A stretch of 64,000 nt of DNA from a virus. The position numbers and the translations under genes were made by a program. This document shows positions 8,924 to 18,753 of the stretch, piece by piece (position 1 is the stretch's first letter; each line of letters begins with the position of its first letter). The notes below the pieces were generated by a model, which saw nothing but the letters and a program-made list of their open reading frames with translations, searched no databases and was not told the origin of the DNA. The stretch is taken from the IMG/VR virus record IMGVR_UViG_3300037493_005685, positions 1 through 64,000 of that record; one strand, given 5' to 3'.

Positions 8924-11900
8924 TCAGCCATCCCTTCCGAATGATTCCGGCACTGCTTTGTTGTAGGTCTCTGCGAGAGCCTTGGCACCTTCAGCAAAGT
9001 TCTTAGCCGCAGCGGGTGTGAAGTACTTAAAGGCTTCTGCCATAGAGCTTGATACGCCGTCTAGAGACTTGGCTGATGCCGCAAGTTGCTGGGCTTGTTC
9101 TCCAGTAGCAGCCGTAAGGGACTCGTAGGTTCCGCTCTTGTCTGCGCCGCCTTGGCCGATGAGGGCTAGTACCTTATTCTGCGCCGCAGATATATCTCTC
9201 TCATTTGTCCCGTTAATACCGCCCTTAGTAGCTGATTTATAACCGCTAAGTGCCTCAGCTAAATCCGCGTGTCCACTTGCCTTAAGGGATGCTATCTTTT
9301 CAGAGGTAATAGCCCCCGCATTAATTTTACCGCCATCCATAACATCACCAAGGATGTCCTTCATGGCGCCTATTGCTGAGGCAGTCTGTCCCTTGACAAG
9401 TGTCTGGTTAGAAACGTCAAGAGCTGCACGGAACTTAGTATCGCCCAACTTATCACGAGAAGCCATGAGAGCATCTTTAACATTTGCGGATAACGGTCCA
9501 CCTTTAGTCTGCATCAACTCCACGACCCTGGCTTTGATGGCAGACTTCTTAGCTCCAGGCATCTCTTTCGTTACGAGCTCTGTTAGCTTGGCTTCATTAG
9601 CAGCTGTGTTGCCTGGGTCACTTGCAAGACCTAAGGCCGTAGCGTACTGCACTGATTCTTTGGTGCCCTTCATCCATTTAGTTACGTCTTCCTGTGCGTC
9701 TGAAGACATACCCATGGTGTCACCCAACATAAAGTCTAATTGACCTTGGTAACGTTTAATACCCGCTTGAGCGTTTTCCCAACCTGCTTTACCTTCGTTA
9801 AAGAAAGCTTCCGATTCTGCAAATCCTGCTGCCTCTTTAGCCGTAGCTCCACCTTTACCTGAAGCGACAACATTCTGCAGTATTTTTGCTTGGTCTGCTT
9901 CAGATAAAGCGTTAAATTTTGCCCTAGCTTCTGCGGGCAAACTATCCACAAAAGCGCTTTTTATTTTAGTAGTACCTATGCGGTTATTTTGTCCGACTAT
10001 CTTCTGTCCTGCACCTGCTAATTTTGCTACCTTACCACCAGCAGAACTAGAGTACTGAGCAAACTGAGCAGCGGATAAACCTAGCTGCGCTCCCATCTTT
10101 TCTGCGCTGGCTAAACCCTTTTTACCTGTCAGTACCACATCAGACGTATTTAAGGCTCTACCCTCAGACCGTTTAGATTCCTCAGCTTGTCGAATAGTCT
10201 CCTGAATATTCTTGTCTGACTGTCCTGCTGCTAGACCCGCGCCCATCATACTCTGCATAGATTCGTAATCGAACCCTGCAAGCCCTAAAGGAGTCATCCA
10301 AGCAGCGGCCGTACTTGCCGCGTCTAGTCCAGCTTCTCCCCAAGAACGAGAACCTTTATCTTCTCTACCTAAATACTGAAGTGCACTTGTGTAGTCGCGG
10401 TAATGAAAACCACCGCCCTTCATAGTGGGAGTGGCCTTACTGCCCAAAGTCTTTAACTTAGACTTATAGACATCACCCTCTTGCTGGGTCATCCCGCTAA
10501 ATGTATTCTCAGCATAGTAATACTGCCCACTCTCACGCGCAGCTTCCGACCTATTCTCATCACCCCAATGCTTAAAGAATCTACTGATACCTCGAGAAGC
10601 GCCAATATCAATTGTTCTATCGACACTACGCCCTGCAGCGCCTAAAGATTCTTTAATGCCACCAAAGAAACCAGGGGCGTTATCTTTAATGTCCTGGAAC
10701 TGCTGAACAGCGAGCTCGTTCTGCTGACGCCTTACGCTGTCCTTAAGAGACTTCCAATACTGGGGACTCGAGGCTTCCTTGAGCATCTGCGTGGCAACTT
10801 CATCACCAAACATCATGCGTGAGCCAAGAGCAAAAGCCCCGGCTCCCTTGAGGCCCATCTGCTTACCCGTCGCAAGAGCACTCTGGAACCGCATCGCCGT
10901 TTGCTGCTCTGGGCTCATGGCCCTGGAGACTTCGTCCTGCATCATCCCCGCTTGGAGCGGATACATCGCGAGAGCGCCCACGCCACCACTTTGCACTGCA
11001 CGCCCAAGATTCGCAGCTGCACCCATAACAAAACCGGCAGCTCCACCACGTCCACTCATCCTTTGGGAAGCTTGGTTGTAATCGACACCCCAAGAGCCAC
11101 CCTGGAAAGAAGCCATCGACGCGCCCACAAGAGGCATCGACATCATCGCGGCTTGGGCTTGCATGTTGCGCTGTGCGATACCGGACTGCCCACCAAGAAG
11201 AGCCGCCTGCGCGGGCGAGTACACACCTGAAGCTATCGACTGCCTCGCGGCCATAGCCGAGAACATGCCGTACTGCATACCTGACGCTGCAGAGAGTCCC
11301 ATGCCCTGGTAGGTCATAGCTCCAGCACCGCCCATCTGCATAATGCCGTCGATAGTCGTACCAGCACCGCGAGAGAAACGCCGCATTCCGTACGCAGCGC
11401 CTTCCATATCTCCGGGTCCGTAGCCTAAGCGCTGTAGGTCCGCCATCTTGCGGATGATGCCACTCACGTCGGGGTCGTTGGTGAGCTCCATGAACTTCTT
11501 GAGGCTCAGAGCTGTACGGCGTAATTGTTCTTTGATTTGGTCGGTGTTCTGCGTGAAGTCCATCAGGCCCGCGCGTCCGCCTGTCTGAAGGATGTTCGCC
11601 ATGTCATGACGAGAGAACATACCGCCCGTCTGCTGCTTGAACCCTCGGTCCTCCGTCATGTCCATGATGCCCTTAGAAAGGTCCATGGAAGCACCACGGG
11701 TCAAGCCTCGCCCCATGGCGTGCATCTGGCTACCACCGACAACCCAGTCCTGTGACATCCTCTGCACAGACGCACCCATCTGGTGTGTCTCCATAGAAGG
11801 ACGGAAGGGCATCATCGCCAAGTCGCCCATCCCACCAGCAAGACCAGACATGCCCGCACCAACCATGCCCATGGCTGCGCCGATCAGCGGGCGACCCATT

Positions 11901-12493
11901 CGGCCACCCATCATCGCACCGGCCATGGCACCAGCACCATACCCCGCCATGTTTCCACCCATGCGAGGGGCTTGAATAGCATAGCTGTAGATTGAGTCAG
12001 CACGGTAGTCGCGCTGCTGCAGCTCTTGCTCCCAAGCGGTCTGGAACTGTGGCCGGGGAATCTGCGGCGTAAACGGCGTTTGGATTACGGGCATCACAGC
12101 CATGGGTGCGATGGGCTGCATACCCATAGAGGGCATCTGCGGGCGAAACACACCTGTGTTCGCTGGGGTCATCATAATGGGAGAAGGCAAGTTCATTTGC
12201 CCTCCCCCATAACCACCTGCGCTCCCCATCATGTTAGCCATGTAGGGGTTAAAGGACTGCATCTGCTGTGCGGCTTGAAACTGCTGTTGAAACTGCTGAC
12301 CGAAAGACATCATCTGCGGCATATTCCGCGCGACCTGAGGACCAATAGAAGAAGCGTACTGAAGGTTTGCCGTTGCTTGCGCCGACAACTCAGCCGCCAT
12401 CTGGGCTGGCGACTTTATGTTCATTGTCATCGTCGGCTGCCCAACATTGGGCAACAAACCCAAGTTCGCTTGCATGCTATTATAGTCAGGCAT
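8924..12493 (-). CDS. Probable tape-measure protein
   Basis: About 1190 aa, A/G/M/Q-rich and helical. Start MPDYN overlaps the upstream stop. Sits directly downstream of a frameshifted chaperone pair, the lambda G/GT-H arrangement. Confidence 0.7.
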   Translation of the reverse strand: MPDYNSMQANLGLLPNVGQPTMTMNIKSPAQMAAELSAQATANLQYASSIGPQVARNMPQMMSFGQQFQQQFQAAQQMQSFNPYMANMMGSAGGYGGGQMNLPSPIMMTPANTGVFRPQMPSMGMQPIAPMAVMPVIQTPFTPQIPRPQFQTAWEQELQQRDYRADSIYSYAIQAPRMGGNMAGYGAGAMAGAMMGGRMGRPLIGAAMGMVGAGMSGLAGGMGDLAMMPFRPSMETHQMGASVQRMSQDWVVGGSQMHAMGRGLTRGASMDLSKGIMDMTEDRGFKQQTGGMFSRHDMANILQTGGRAGLMDFTQNTDQIKEQLRRTALSLKKFMELTNDPDVSGIIRKMADLQRLGYGPGDMEGAAYGMRRFSRGAGTTIDGIMQMGGAGAMTYQGMGLSAASGMQYGMFSAMAARQSIASGVYSPAQAALLGGQSGIAQRNMQAQAAMMSMPLVGASMASFQGGSWGVDYNQASQRMSGRGGAAGFVMGAAANLGRAVQSGGVGALAMYPLQAGMMQDEVSRAMSPEQQTAMRFQSALATGKQMGLKGAGAFALGSRMMFGDEVATQMLKEASSPQYWKSLKDSVRRQQNELAVQQFQDIKDNAPGFFGGIKESLGAAGRSVDRTIDIGASRGISRFFKHWGDENRSEAARESGQYYYAENTFSGMTQQEGDVYKSKLKTLGSKATPTMKGGGFHYRDYTSALQYLGREDKGSRSWGEAGLDAASTAAAWMTPLGLAGFDYESMQSMMGAGLAAGQSDKNIQETIRQAEESKRSEGRALNTSDVVLTGKKGLASAEKMGAQLGLSAAQFAQYSSSAGGKVAKLAGAGQKIVGQNNRIGTTKIKSAFVDSLPAEARAKFNALSEADQAKILQNVVASGKGGATAKEAAGFAESEAFFNEGKAGWENAQAGIKRYQGQLDFMLGDTMGMSSDAQEDVTKWMKGTKESVQYATALGLASDPGNTAANEAKLTELVTKEMPGAKKSAIKARVVELMQTKGGPLSANVKDALMASRDKLGDTKFRAALDVSNQTLVKGQTASAIGAMKDILGDVMDGGKINAGAITSEKIASLKASGHADLAEALSGYKSATKGGINGTNERDISAAQNKVLALIGQGGADKSGTYESLTAATGEQAQQLAASAKSLDGVSSSMAEAFKYFTPAAAKNFAEGAKALAETYNKAVPESFGRDG

Positions 12494-12872
12494 CTTTTCG
12501 CTTCTCAACCATTTCTTTCAGTTCTTCGTCCGTAACAGTCATCTGCTCAAGCTTGCGCATTTGACGGGCTTGCTCGGCTGCTTTCTGAACATGCTGAACA
12601 ACCCTACGGTGCTTGACCGTCGCATACTTGTAATTGTAGCGCAGCTGGTAGAGCTCTTCCTTGTACTCGTCCAACAGCTCGTCTACAGCAGTATCATTGA
12701 CCTTTAGGCCCGCACCTATCAGTCGCGCAAACATAGACACAACGGCGAACTTCTCGTTCTTCTCGCGCAGAATAGTTTCAAAGAGCAAACGTTCTTGAAA
12801 CGAGCCCGTGGGCGGCAACGGGGCTTTATGCATGTACGCATAGGTCCGGACATGCCCCGCTGCCGAGTTTAA
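12486..12872 (-). CDS. Tail assembly chaperone C-terminal extension (gpT-like), reached by -1 frameshift
   Basis: The -1 frame from GAT TTT TAA reads TTA AAC TCG GCA GCG GGG CAT GTC CGG ACC TAT GCG TAC ATG, in frame with ORF 12486..12833. Confidence 0.7.
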   Translation of the reverse strand, partial: LNSAAGHVRTYAYMHKAPLPPTGSFQERLLFETILREKNEKFAVVSMFARLIGAGLKVNDTAVDELLDEYKEELYQLRYNYKYATVKHRRVVQHVQKAAEQARQMRKLEQMTVTDEELKEMVEKRKDA

Positions 12873-13507
12873 AAATCCTGGGGGGCTCCGTCACCAAACA
12901 CAGCCATCATCTTTCTGTCGAACTCGTAGGAGAACTGCATAAGCTTCACCGACACGAGCTGGGACAGACGCCGTACGTACTTGAGGCGCGTCTCAAACGC
13001 CTCTTCAATCTCAAGCTCAGAAGCGACTTGGGGATCTGGATGCTCAAAAATGATCTCCCCATAACGCACGAGAGACGCTGCGGTGTTGTAGCGATTGAGT
13101 ACCTCTTGAACAGACGAGGAATACTCAAGCCGCTCAGCTTCCAGCAGGCGCTGGGTACGAATGAGGTCTTCATACACGCGGGTACGTAGCACACAGGTAA
13201 TCGGGCCAAGTTTAAACTCCTCCGAGTAGTGTCCCTTGGTGACCATCTGCTCCATAATCGAGCGCGCATCGCGGAGAGTGAGGTCGAACTCCTTCAGGTT
13301 GTTCTCGTAGCTCTCTTCTGGAGAGAGCTTCTTCTCAGGCACGTCAGCCTTATCGCCTGCCATCTCTGAGATGATACCCAGAGACTCTTCAATCTTCTCT
13401 TTTTGTTTACTCGGTAAATTGGCGGCTCTGGGAGCGTTGTCCCTTGGGCCAGAAAACATCTTCGTGTCGCCGATTACGGGCATCCCATCTTTCGTCGCGC
13501 CTGGCAT
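12869..13507 (-). CDS. Tail assembly chaperone (gpG-like)
   Basis: Start MPGATK with GAGGTGAGGA SD; ends at slippery CAG GAT TTT TAA; lies upstream of the tape-measure-like gene. Confidence 0.7.
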   Translation of the reverse strand: MPGATKDGMPVIGDTKMFSGPRDNAPRAANLPSKQKEKIEESLGIISEMAGDKADVPEKKLSPEESYENNLKEFDLTLRDARSIMEQMVTKGHYSEEFKLGPITCVLRTRVYEDLIRTQRLLEAERLEYSSSVQEVLNRYNTAASLVRYGEIIFEHPDPQVASELEIEEAFETRLKYVRRLSQLVSVKLMQFSYEFDRKMMAVFGDGAPQDF

Positions 13508-13558
13508 ATCCTCACCTCTGCATGGTTGGTAGTTAACGTAGAGATAACATATCTTTTT

Positions 13559-13567
13559 TGGTACAAT
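13559..13567 (+). promoter_or_regulatory. Extended -10 promoter TGGTACAAT for the UDG/DinG operon
   Basis: TG-N-TACAAT followed by AAGGAG SD and ATG at 13586. Confidence 0.55.
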
Positions 13568-13585
13568 AAGCAAAGGAGAAAACAA

Positions 13586-14146
13586 ATGTCACTACTTCAA
13601 GAGCTTCAAGCCTGTACTAAATGTGAAGGTCTCGCAAAAAACAGAAAGCTGATAGTAACAGCTGAAGGCCCCTTTCCTTCTGACATCATGTTTCTTGGCA
13701 GCTCTCCCAAAGACAGAGAGGAAATACAAGGAAGACCTTTCTCGGGCATCAGCGGTAAATTTCTCAGGGCTACGGTGCAGTCTGTGTATGACGGACACTA
13801 TCGCATCTCTTATATGTGCTCCATTCTTTGTAGGACACCCAAACGTGAAGCTTCCGATGAAGAGATAACAAATTGCCGGGACAACGTTCTGCGTCAAATA
13901 GAGGTATATACGCCTAAGGTAATCGTGGCTCTTGGTAAGACGGCGCAATCGGTTGTACTAGGCTGTCCACTTAGTGAAACATCGCACTCGTCGGTAGGAA
14001 CTTTACAGAGTATGCGGGTAAAGGATAAGTCTGTGCCTGTTATCATAACATTTGACCCACAACAAGTCTTGAAAGACCGCATAAATCTTGAGAGTATCTT
14101 CATTCGTCATTTGAGGGCAGCCACGAAGCTGACGTTCACTGTCTGA
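13586..14146 (+). CDS. Family-4 uracil-DNA glycosylase-like protein with degenerate catalytic motifs
   Basis: CxxC..L, GRPFSGISGKFL, LCRTP..EITNC and PKVIVALGKTA match family 4. GEAPG is GSSPK and HP is DP. Confidence 0.85.
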   Translation: MSLLQELQACTKCEGLAKNRKLIVTAEGPFPSDIMFLGSSPKDREEIQGRPFSGISGKFLRATVQSVYDGHYRISYMCSILCRTPKREASDEEITNCRDNVLRQIEVYTPKVIVALGKTAQSVVLGCPLSETSHSSVGTLQSMRVKDKSVPVIITFDPQQVLKDRINLESIFIRHLRAATKLTFTV

Positions 14147-14217
14147 GCGACTGACCCAACTAAAACAAAACTGTAACTGGCTCGCTGTATAGCAGCGAAT
14201 TAACCCGAGGAGTATCC

Positions 14218-16530
14218 ATGCGTTGTTTGCAATGTAGGGGAGAGTTGCCGCTGTCGGCAAGAGACCTAGGTCTAACCAAATGCACCACTTGCGGCTTGGA
14301 CTTTATGTACGACGTCACCGACATATTCGAAGATGGGGCTGAGGGAATCGTTAGAGAGAAGCGCCCTGGGCAGATAGCGATGGCCCAGCTTATCGAAGAG
14401 AACCTGTACACGGACGAGCAGACCGTGATGCTCATCGAAGGCGGAACAGGAATTGGTAAGAGCTACGCGTATCTTATCCCTCCGATGCTCAAGCACCGTG
14501 AGGATATCATCTCACGCCGCATCGAGAATAAAACTGGGTATGAGCAGCACGAAGACGTGAAGCGCTTCTTGAAGGGTAAGATTTACGTCTCAACTACCAA
14601 GATTCAGCTCCAAGACCGTATATGTGACATCGACCTTAACGAGGTCATCATCCCCAAGTTGGGGCTTGCGCCTGAAATCAAGGCCATCATCCTCAAGGGC
14701 AGCAAGCATTACGCTTGTCTACACCCAGCGGTGACAAAGAACCTAGACGACCAGTTCTCACGTAAAGAATTCGAGAGCTTCGTGCGTACGTACAGGGATA
14801 ACAAGGAGTTCGCAGAGGACGGTGACTGGGAAGGTACAGTGCCAAAATGGTGGCACGCCATCTCATTAGAAAACTGCGTATGTGAAGATGATAAGCGTCA
14901 GTGTGAGCACAGCGATTACTGCCGCCCTGACTTGAACAAGTACAACGTCATCGTGACTAACCACGCGCTGATGACGTTGCTTATGGCCAAGAATCTCCTG
15001 CGCGAAAAGACACGTTACGGCGTATTGGAGATGTTGGTCGTGGATGAGGCGCACCTCTTCATCAGCAGCCTCTACAAAGCCTGCACGGAATCTGCCACGC
15101 TTAAGTCCCTGACTTACTGGGGAAAGAAGATAAACAAAGACCCCTACGTAACGAACATGGCGGTTCACCAGACTGTGGACCTTATGCTTGACGCGTTCAA
15201 TACGCTGCACCAAGAGTGCTTAAGCTGGAGTAAGCTCTCCAGCGCCCCTGGGGGCATCCTACTCCCAAAGGCAGGCTTCTCCACAAAAGAGCAGCGCATA
15301 GTCTCTCAGCTTTACCCGCCCTTCATGACTCTGCTGGATGCAGTGCGTGCGCACGTCGGCAAGATTGCAGACCAAGTAAAACCCCTTGATACGCCAAGTA
15401 GTGATGCCCCAACGCGGAAAGGCGTTCAAAAGAACACCAGCAAAGACTTGGAGGGTATGGCGGCTTACTCGCGGTTACTGAAATACGGTGTCACACTCGC
15501 ACGGTTTAGGGACGCCCTCGAAGAGGCTATGAAGACCTTCAGCACAGGCGTTATCGACAAACAGCTCCCTACTGTCACAGAGGACGGCATCAACATCGTC
15601 CCTGCCAACATCGGTGAGTACGCGCAACAGTTCCTAGACGGTGTCCCTAAGTCCCTGTTCTTGTCCGCGACGTTGAGCCTGGGAGGTACGTTCGCGTACA
15701 TCAAAAACCAGCTCGGCCTCAATCGCCCACCTCTGACGCCCACACGTCCAACTAAGGTGATAGAAGGCATCTACCACAGCCCCTTCGACTACACCCGGCA
15801 GGGGTTCTCATACACACCCATCCACGTAGCAAAGTGCCCCACCTACAAGTCCTCGCAGGAAGAGAGGGAAGCTTGGTACATCTCCATGGCGGACGAAATC
15901 ACCATGCTCACGGAGCTCAACGGCGGAGACGCCTTCGTCTTGTTCACGTCGAGAGTAGAGATGAACAAGATTTATGAGCACTGCCGGTATAACAAACCCG
16001 CCAATAGCAAGGTGTCCTACGTGATTCAAGACGCCGATGGCCGCATTGCGGAAGAACAGTATCGGAATACAGACCATGCAGTGCTGTTTGGGGTGAAGTC
16101 CTTCTGGGAAGGCATAGACGTCCCTGGGGATAAGCTCCGTATGGTCATCATCGTCAAGCTCCCCTTCCCCATGCTAAGCGACCCCGTAATCGCCATCGAA
16201 GAGCGAAAAGCTAAGGAAGAAGGGCTACAGCCGTTCGAAGAGGTACAGATACCCCGTATGCTCTTTGACCTGAAGCAGGCAGCTGGTCGGCTTATCCGAA
16301 CCATGGATGACAGGGGCGTTGTGGCGGTTCTGGACTCGCGTATCTGGACCGGCGGTAAGCACTGGCTTCTCAAGGGTATGCAGGATGACCAGCTAAGGGG
16401 GAGAGCCGTTAACCCCATTGGTTATGGAGCGCAGGCTATGAGCGCGTTAAACTTCAAATATAGAGTTGACAATAGACAAATGTTCCCTAAGATGCTTAAT
16501 AGACTTTATGCAACAAACCCTGTTAAGTAA
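14218..16530 (+). CDS. dinG: DinG/YoaA-family SF2 helicase with N-terminal zinc ribbon
   Basis: RPGQ Q-motif, GGTGIGKS, TNHAL, VDEAH, SAT, FWEGIDVPG, QAAGRLIR. Confidence 0.93.
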   Translation: MRCLQCRGELPLSARDLGLTKCTTCGLDFMYDVTDIFEDGAEGIVREKRPGQIAMAQLIEENLYTDEQTVMLIEGGTGIGKSYAYLIPPMLKHREDIISRRIENKTGYEQHEDVKRFLKGKIYVSTTKIQLQDRICDIDLNEVIIPKLGLAPEIKAIILKGSKHYACLHPAVTKNLDDQFSRKEFESFVRTYRDNKEFAEDGDWEGTVPKWWHAISLENCVCEDDKRQCEHSDYCRPDLNKYNVIVTNHALMTLLMAKNLLREKTRYGVLEMLVVDEAHLFISSLYKACTESATLKSLTYWGKKINKDPYVTNMAVHQTVDLMLDAFNTLHQECLSWSKLSSAPGGILLPKAGFSTKEQRIVSQLYPPFMTLLDAVRAHVGKIADQVKPLDTPSSDAPTRKGVQKNTSKDLEGMAAYSRLLKYGVTLARFRDALEEAMKTFSTGVIDKQLPTVTEDGINIVPANIGEYAQQFLDGVPKSLFLSATLSLGGTFAYIKNQLGLNRPPLTPTRPTKVIEGIYHSPFDYTRQGFSYTPIHVAKCPTYKSSQEEREAWYISMADEITMLTELNGGDAFVLFTSRVEMNKIYEHCRYNKPANSKVSYVIQDADGRIAEEQYRNTDHAVLFGVKSFWEGIDVPGDKLRMVIIVKLPFPMLSDPVIAIEERKAKEEGLQPFEEVQIPRMLFDLKQAAGRLIRTMDDRGVVAVLDSRIWTGGKHWLLKGMQDDQLRGRAVNPIGYGAQAMSALNFKYRVDNRQMFPKMLNRLYATNPVK

Positions 16531-16556
16531 TTACGGGGTAAACGAAAGGGAGCCAA

Positions 16557-16838
16557 ATGGCACGTCAAGCTGGCAGCAAAGTTATCGAGTGTACGAACCC
16601 CAAGTGCGGCACTCGTTTGGTTGGGTTTCCGGGCGAGCAGGTTATCTGCAAGAAATGCGGCACCAAGATTCGCCTGACCAAGGCCATTCTCGCCGCTGAG
16701 AAGAAGCCCGTCGCTAAGAACGTCCCGGCCAAGAAGAGCGTGAAGAAGGTTGCGGAGCCCGTCGCCGCTAAGAAAAGCGCCAAGGCTACCACAGAGCCCG
16801 TCGCCAAAAAGCGCGGTCGTCCGGCCAAAGCGAAGTGA
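16557..16838 (+). CDS. Zinc-ribbon protein with histone-like K/A tail and AT-hook
   Basis: CTNPKC...CKKC, then repeated PVAKK/KKSAK and terminal KKRGRPAK; GGAG SD. Confidence 0.75.
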   Translation: MARQAGSKVIECTNPKCGTRLVGFPGEQVICKKCGTKIRLTKAILAAEKKPVAKNVPAKKSVKKVAEPVAAKKSAKATTEPVAKKRGRPAKAK

Positions 16839-16885
16839 TAGCCTCCTAGCTTCTCCCAAGTTGCAATAGGGCCATCGCGGGGAAT

Positions 16886-16921
16886 AGCCGTAGTTCGAAA
16901 GGACTGCGGCTTTTCTTTTTT
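16886..16921 (+). terminator. Rho-independent terminator
   Basis: GCCGTAGTTC-GAAA-GGACTGCGGC followed by TTTTCTTTTTT. Confidence 0.85.
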
Positions 16922-16960
16922 CCTTTGACAATGGGTTACCGTGTAGTCATAAAATAACAT

Positions 16961-17470
16961 ATGCGCTTTACTATAGGTGTCTTTACAAAGAAAAAGTTAG
17001 ACGGCACCTACATGGTGTGCGCCTCTACCTGGTTTGCACAGAAGCCAGATTTCTCGCTGAGCAAAGCAAATGTGGCTCAGATGAAGAAAGAGTTGATATC
17101 CCTCGTGTGCGTAGAAGGTAAGAGGGAAGCAACGACTATCAACGTCGCAGTGACACGAGCTATCGAGCAGTTGTTCATAAAGAATCTTGTCGCTAATCCT
17201 CTTAATGACTATCCGCCCATCATTATCCACGCGCCTGCTACAGCCCGCGTGATATCATCCCAATACCGCTTCACCCCTGTGCGTGGGTGCTGGTTGATGA
17301 ACTGTTCAAAGAGAGCACTGGAGGAGATATATGAGTCTAGACTTCCCAAAACCCGAGGACATGCGGCCACATGTGGATGTGAGGACCTGCGCAAGATGCA
17401 GAAAAAAGTTCCTGCCGGGAGACCGGGTAGCAGTCGCGCATATCTACCTCAATATCGCCATGGACTCTAG
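16961..17470 (+). CDS. Hypothetical protein; 3' part overlaps the next gene
   Basis: TTGACA and TAAAAT just upstream of the ATG. Confidence 0.45.
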   Translation: MRFTIGVFTKKKLDGTYMVCASTWFAQKPDFSLSKANVAQMKKELISLVCVEGKREATTINVAVTRAIEQLFIKNLVANPLNDYPPIIIHAPATARVISSQYRFTPVRGCWLMNCSKRALEEIYESRLPKTRGHAATCGCEDLRKMQKKVPAGRPGSSRAYLPQYRHGL

Positions 17471-17564
17471 CAACCGCGTACCTGGTGCTAACCTAAGCGA
17501 TGAGTATGAGCTCGTGCATATCAACTGCAAAGACACGCGCTTGGTGAACGGGCTGCAGAACTAA
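17331..17564 (+). CDS. Small zinc-binding protein
   Basis: GAGGAG SD; CARC...HINC. Confidence 0.65.
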   Translation: MSLDFPKPEDMRPHVDVRTCARCRKKFLPGDRVAVAHIYLNIAMDSSNRVPGANLSDEYELVHINCKDTRLVNGLQN

Positions 17565-18013
17565 TGGCTACCGGTGTACATAATCCGTTTGGACCTCGGC
17601 AGAAGCCACCTAACAAGATTAGCAAGCACGAGATAGGGGACTTCGATACCGAGAGCCACCTACGTAGGGTGCCACCTACCGTGTCGCTCGATGGCCTCAA
17701 CTACGTCATCACATTTGTGGGCACAGATAAGATAGACGAGGTCGTCGATAAGCTGATTGCGCTGCTGTATGACGTATCTAAGACGCACGCGTCACAGCTC
17801 GCGAAGAGAGGCATCTTTGCCGGTCCCAGGATAGTCAAGGACGACGAGCGGGCTATCACCTCAAAGGGCAGGCAAGTCACGGTTTATGCGCCAGAAGATA
17901 GCTCGCGTGAAGAAGCCATCTATAGCCGTATCGCCCATGCGCTGTTGGGGTTGCCTATAAAAAACATCTTGGTTAAGCACCAAGTAAAACTCATGGAAAG
18001 GAGCATGCCGTGA
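17564..18013 (+). CDS. Hypothetical protein
   Basis: TAATG coupling to the previous gene. Confidence 0.7.
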   Translation: MATGVHNPFGPRQKPPNKISKHEIGDFDTESHLRRVPPTVSLDGLNYVITFVGTDKIDEVVDKLIALLYDVSKTHASQLAKRGIFAGPRIVKDDERAITSKGRQVTVYAPEDSSREEAIYSRIAHALLGLPIKNILVKHQVKLMERSMP

Positions 18014-18261
18014 ATAACAAACCTTGTGGGATGTGTGAGGGTTTCTTTGCGTTGGAGAAAGGGCTACAGGACGGTTCTCGTAAAGAATTGAAGCATGGGT
18101 ATTGTCTGAAGAAGAGCACATTCGCGTCCAACAAAGTGGGCAACCCTGTGCTGCCTCCTCGTGCAAAGACGGCAGAGCTGCCCAACGCAGTCCACAAGCT
18201 AAAGATTGTGCGCGTGAACGAAGTCGTACCAACCTGCAACGAGTTCAACCGTAAGGGGTAA
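18010..18261 (+). CDS. Small Cys-containing protein
   Basis: GTGA overlap; CGMC...GYC...C. Confidence 0.65.
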   Translation: MNNKPCGMCEGFFALEKGLQDGSRKELKHGYCLKKSTFASNKVGNPVLPPRAKTAELPNAVHKLKIVRVNEVVPTCNEFNRKG

Positions 18262-18264
18262 ATC

Positions 18265-18627
18265 ATGGCTGAAGAGAAAAGAGCAGACGTAAAGGTGCCG
18301 GATGGTAAGGGCGGTTGGGTCACCGTGGAGCCTGGCACGAAAGCCAACTTGGATTCGAAGAAGACGTCTGATGCCGCTGAGATTGCCGCGCGTAAAGATT
18401 TCTTTGAGCGCGTGGGAGCTGCGACTGAGGCCCTCAACAAGTTCATGGCGCTGTACGTTAAGGACTATAACCTTAAGCCCCTCGAGGCTGCAGCGGCTAT
18501 CTATCTCGAGAACTGCAATAACCGCTTTTACTTTCCGGCAGACCTCGGCGGGCAAGAAACCTTTGACCATATGACATCTGAAATCTGGGATTGGTTTGTA
18601 AAACAGGTAAAGTCAAGCCCCAAATAA
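18265..18627 (+). CDS. Hypothetical protein
   Basis: SD and operon context. Confidence 0.7.
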   Translation: MAEEKRADVKVPDGKGGWVTVEPGTKANLDSKKTSDAAEIAARKDFFERVGAATEALNKFMALYVKDYNLKPLEAAAAIYLENCNNRFYFPADLGGQETFDHMTSEIWDWFVKQVKSSPK

Positions 18628-18753
18628 ATCCTTCCAAAAATCCTCTTTCCCTTGGTATAACTCCATACACGGACGCTTCTACTACTTGTGTCGTATGCTT
18701 TTAGCTACGCATAGGGAGGTGAGGAGAAGTCTCTCAACCCCAAGGAGGAAGAG

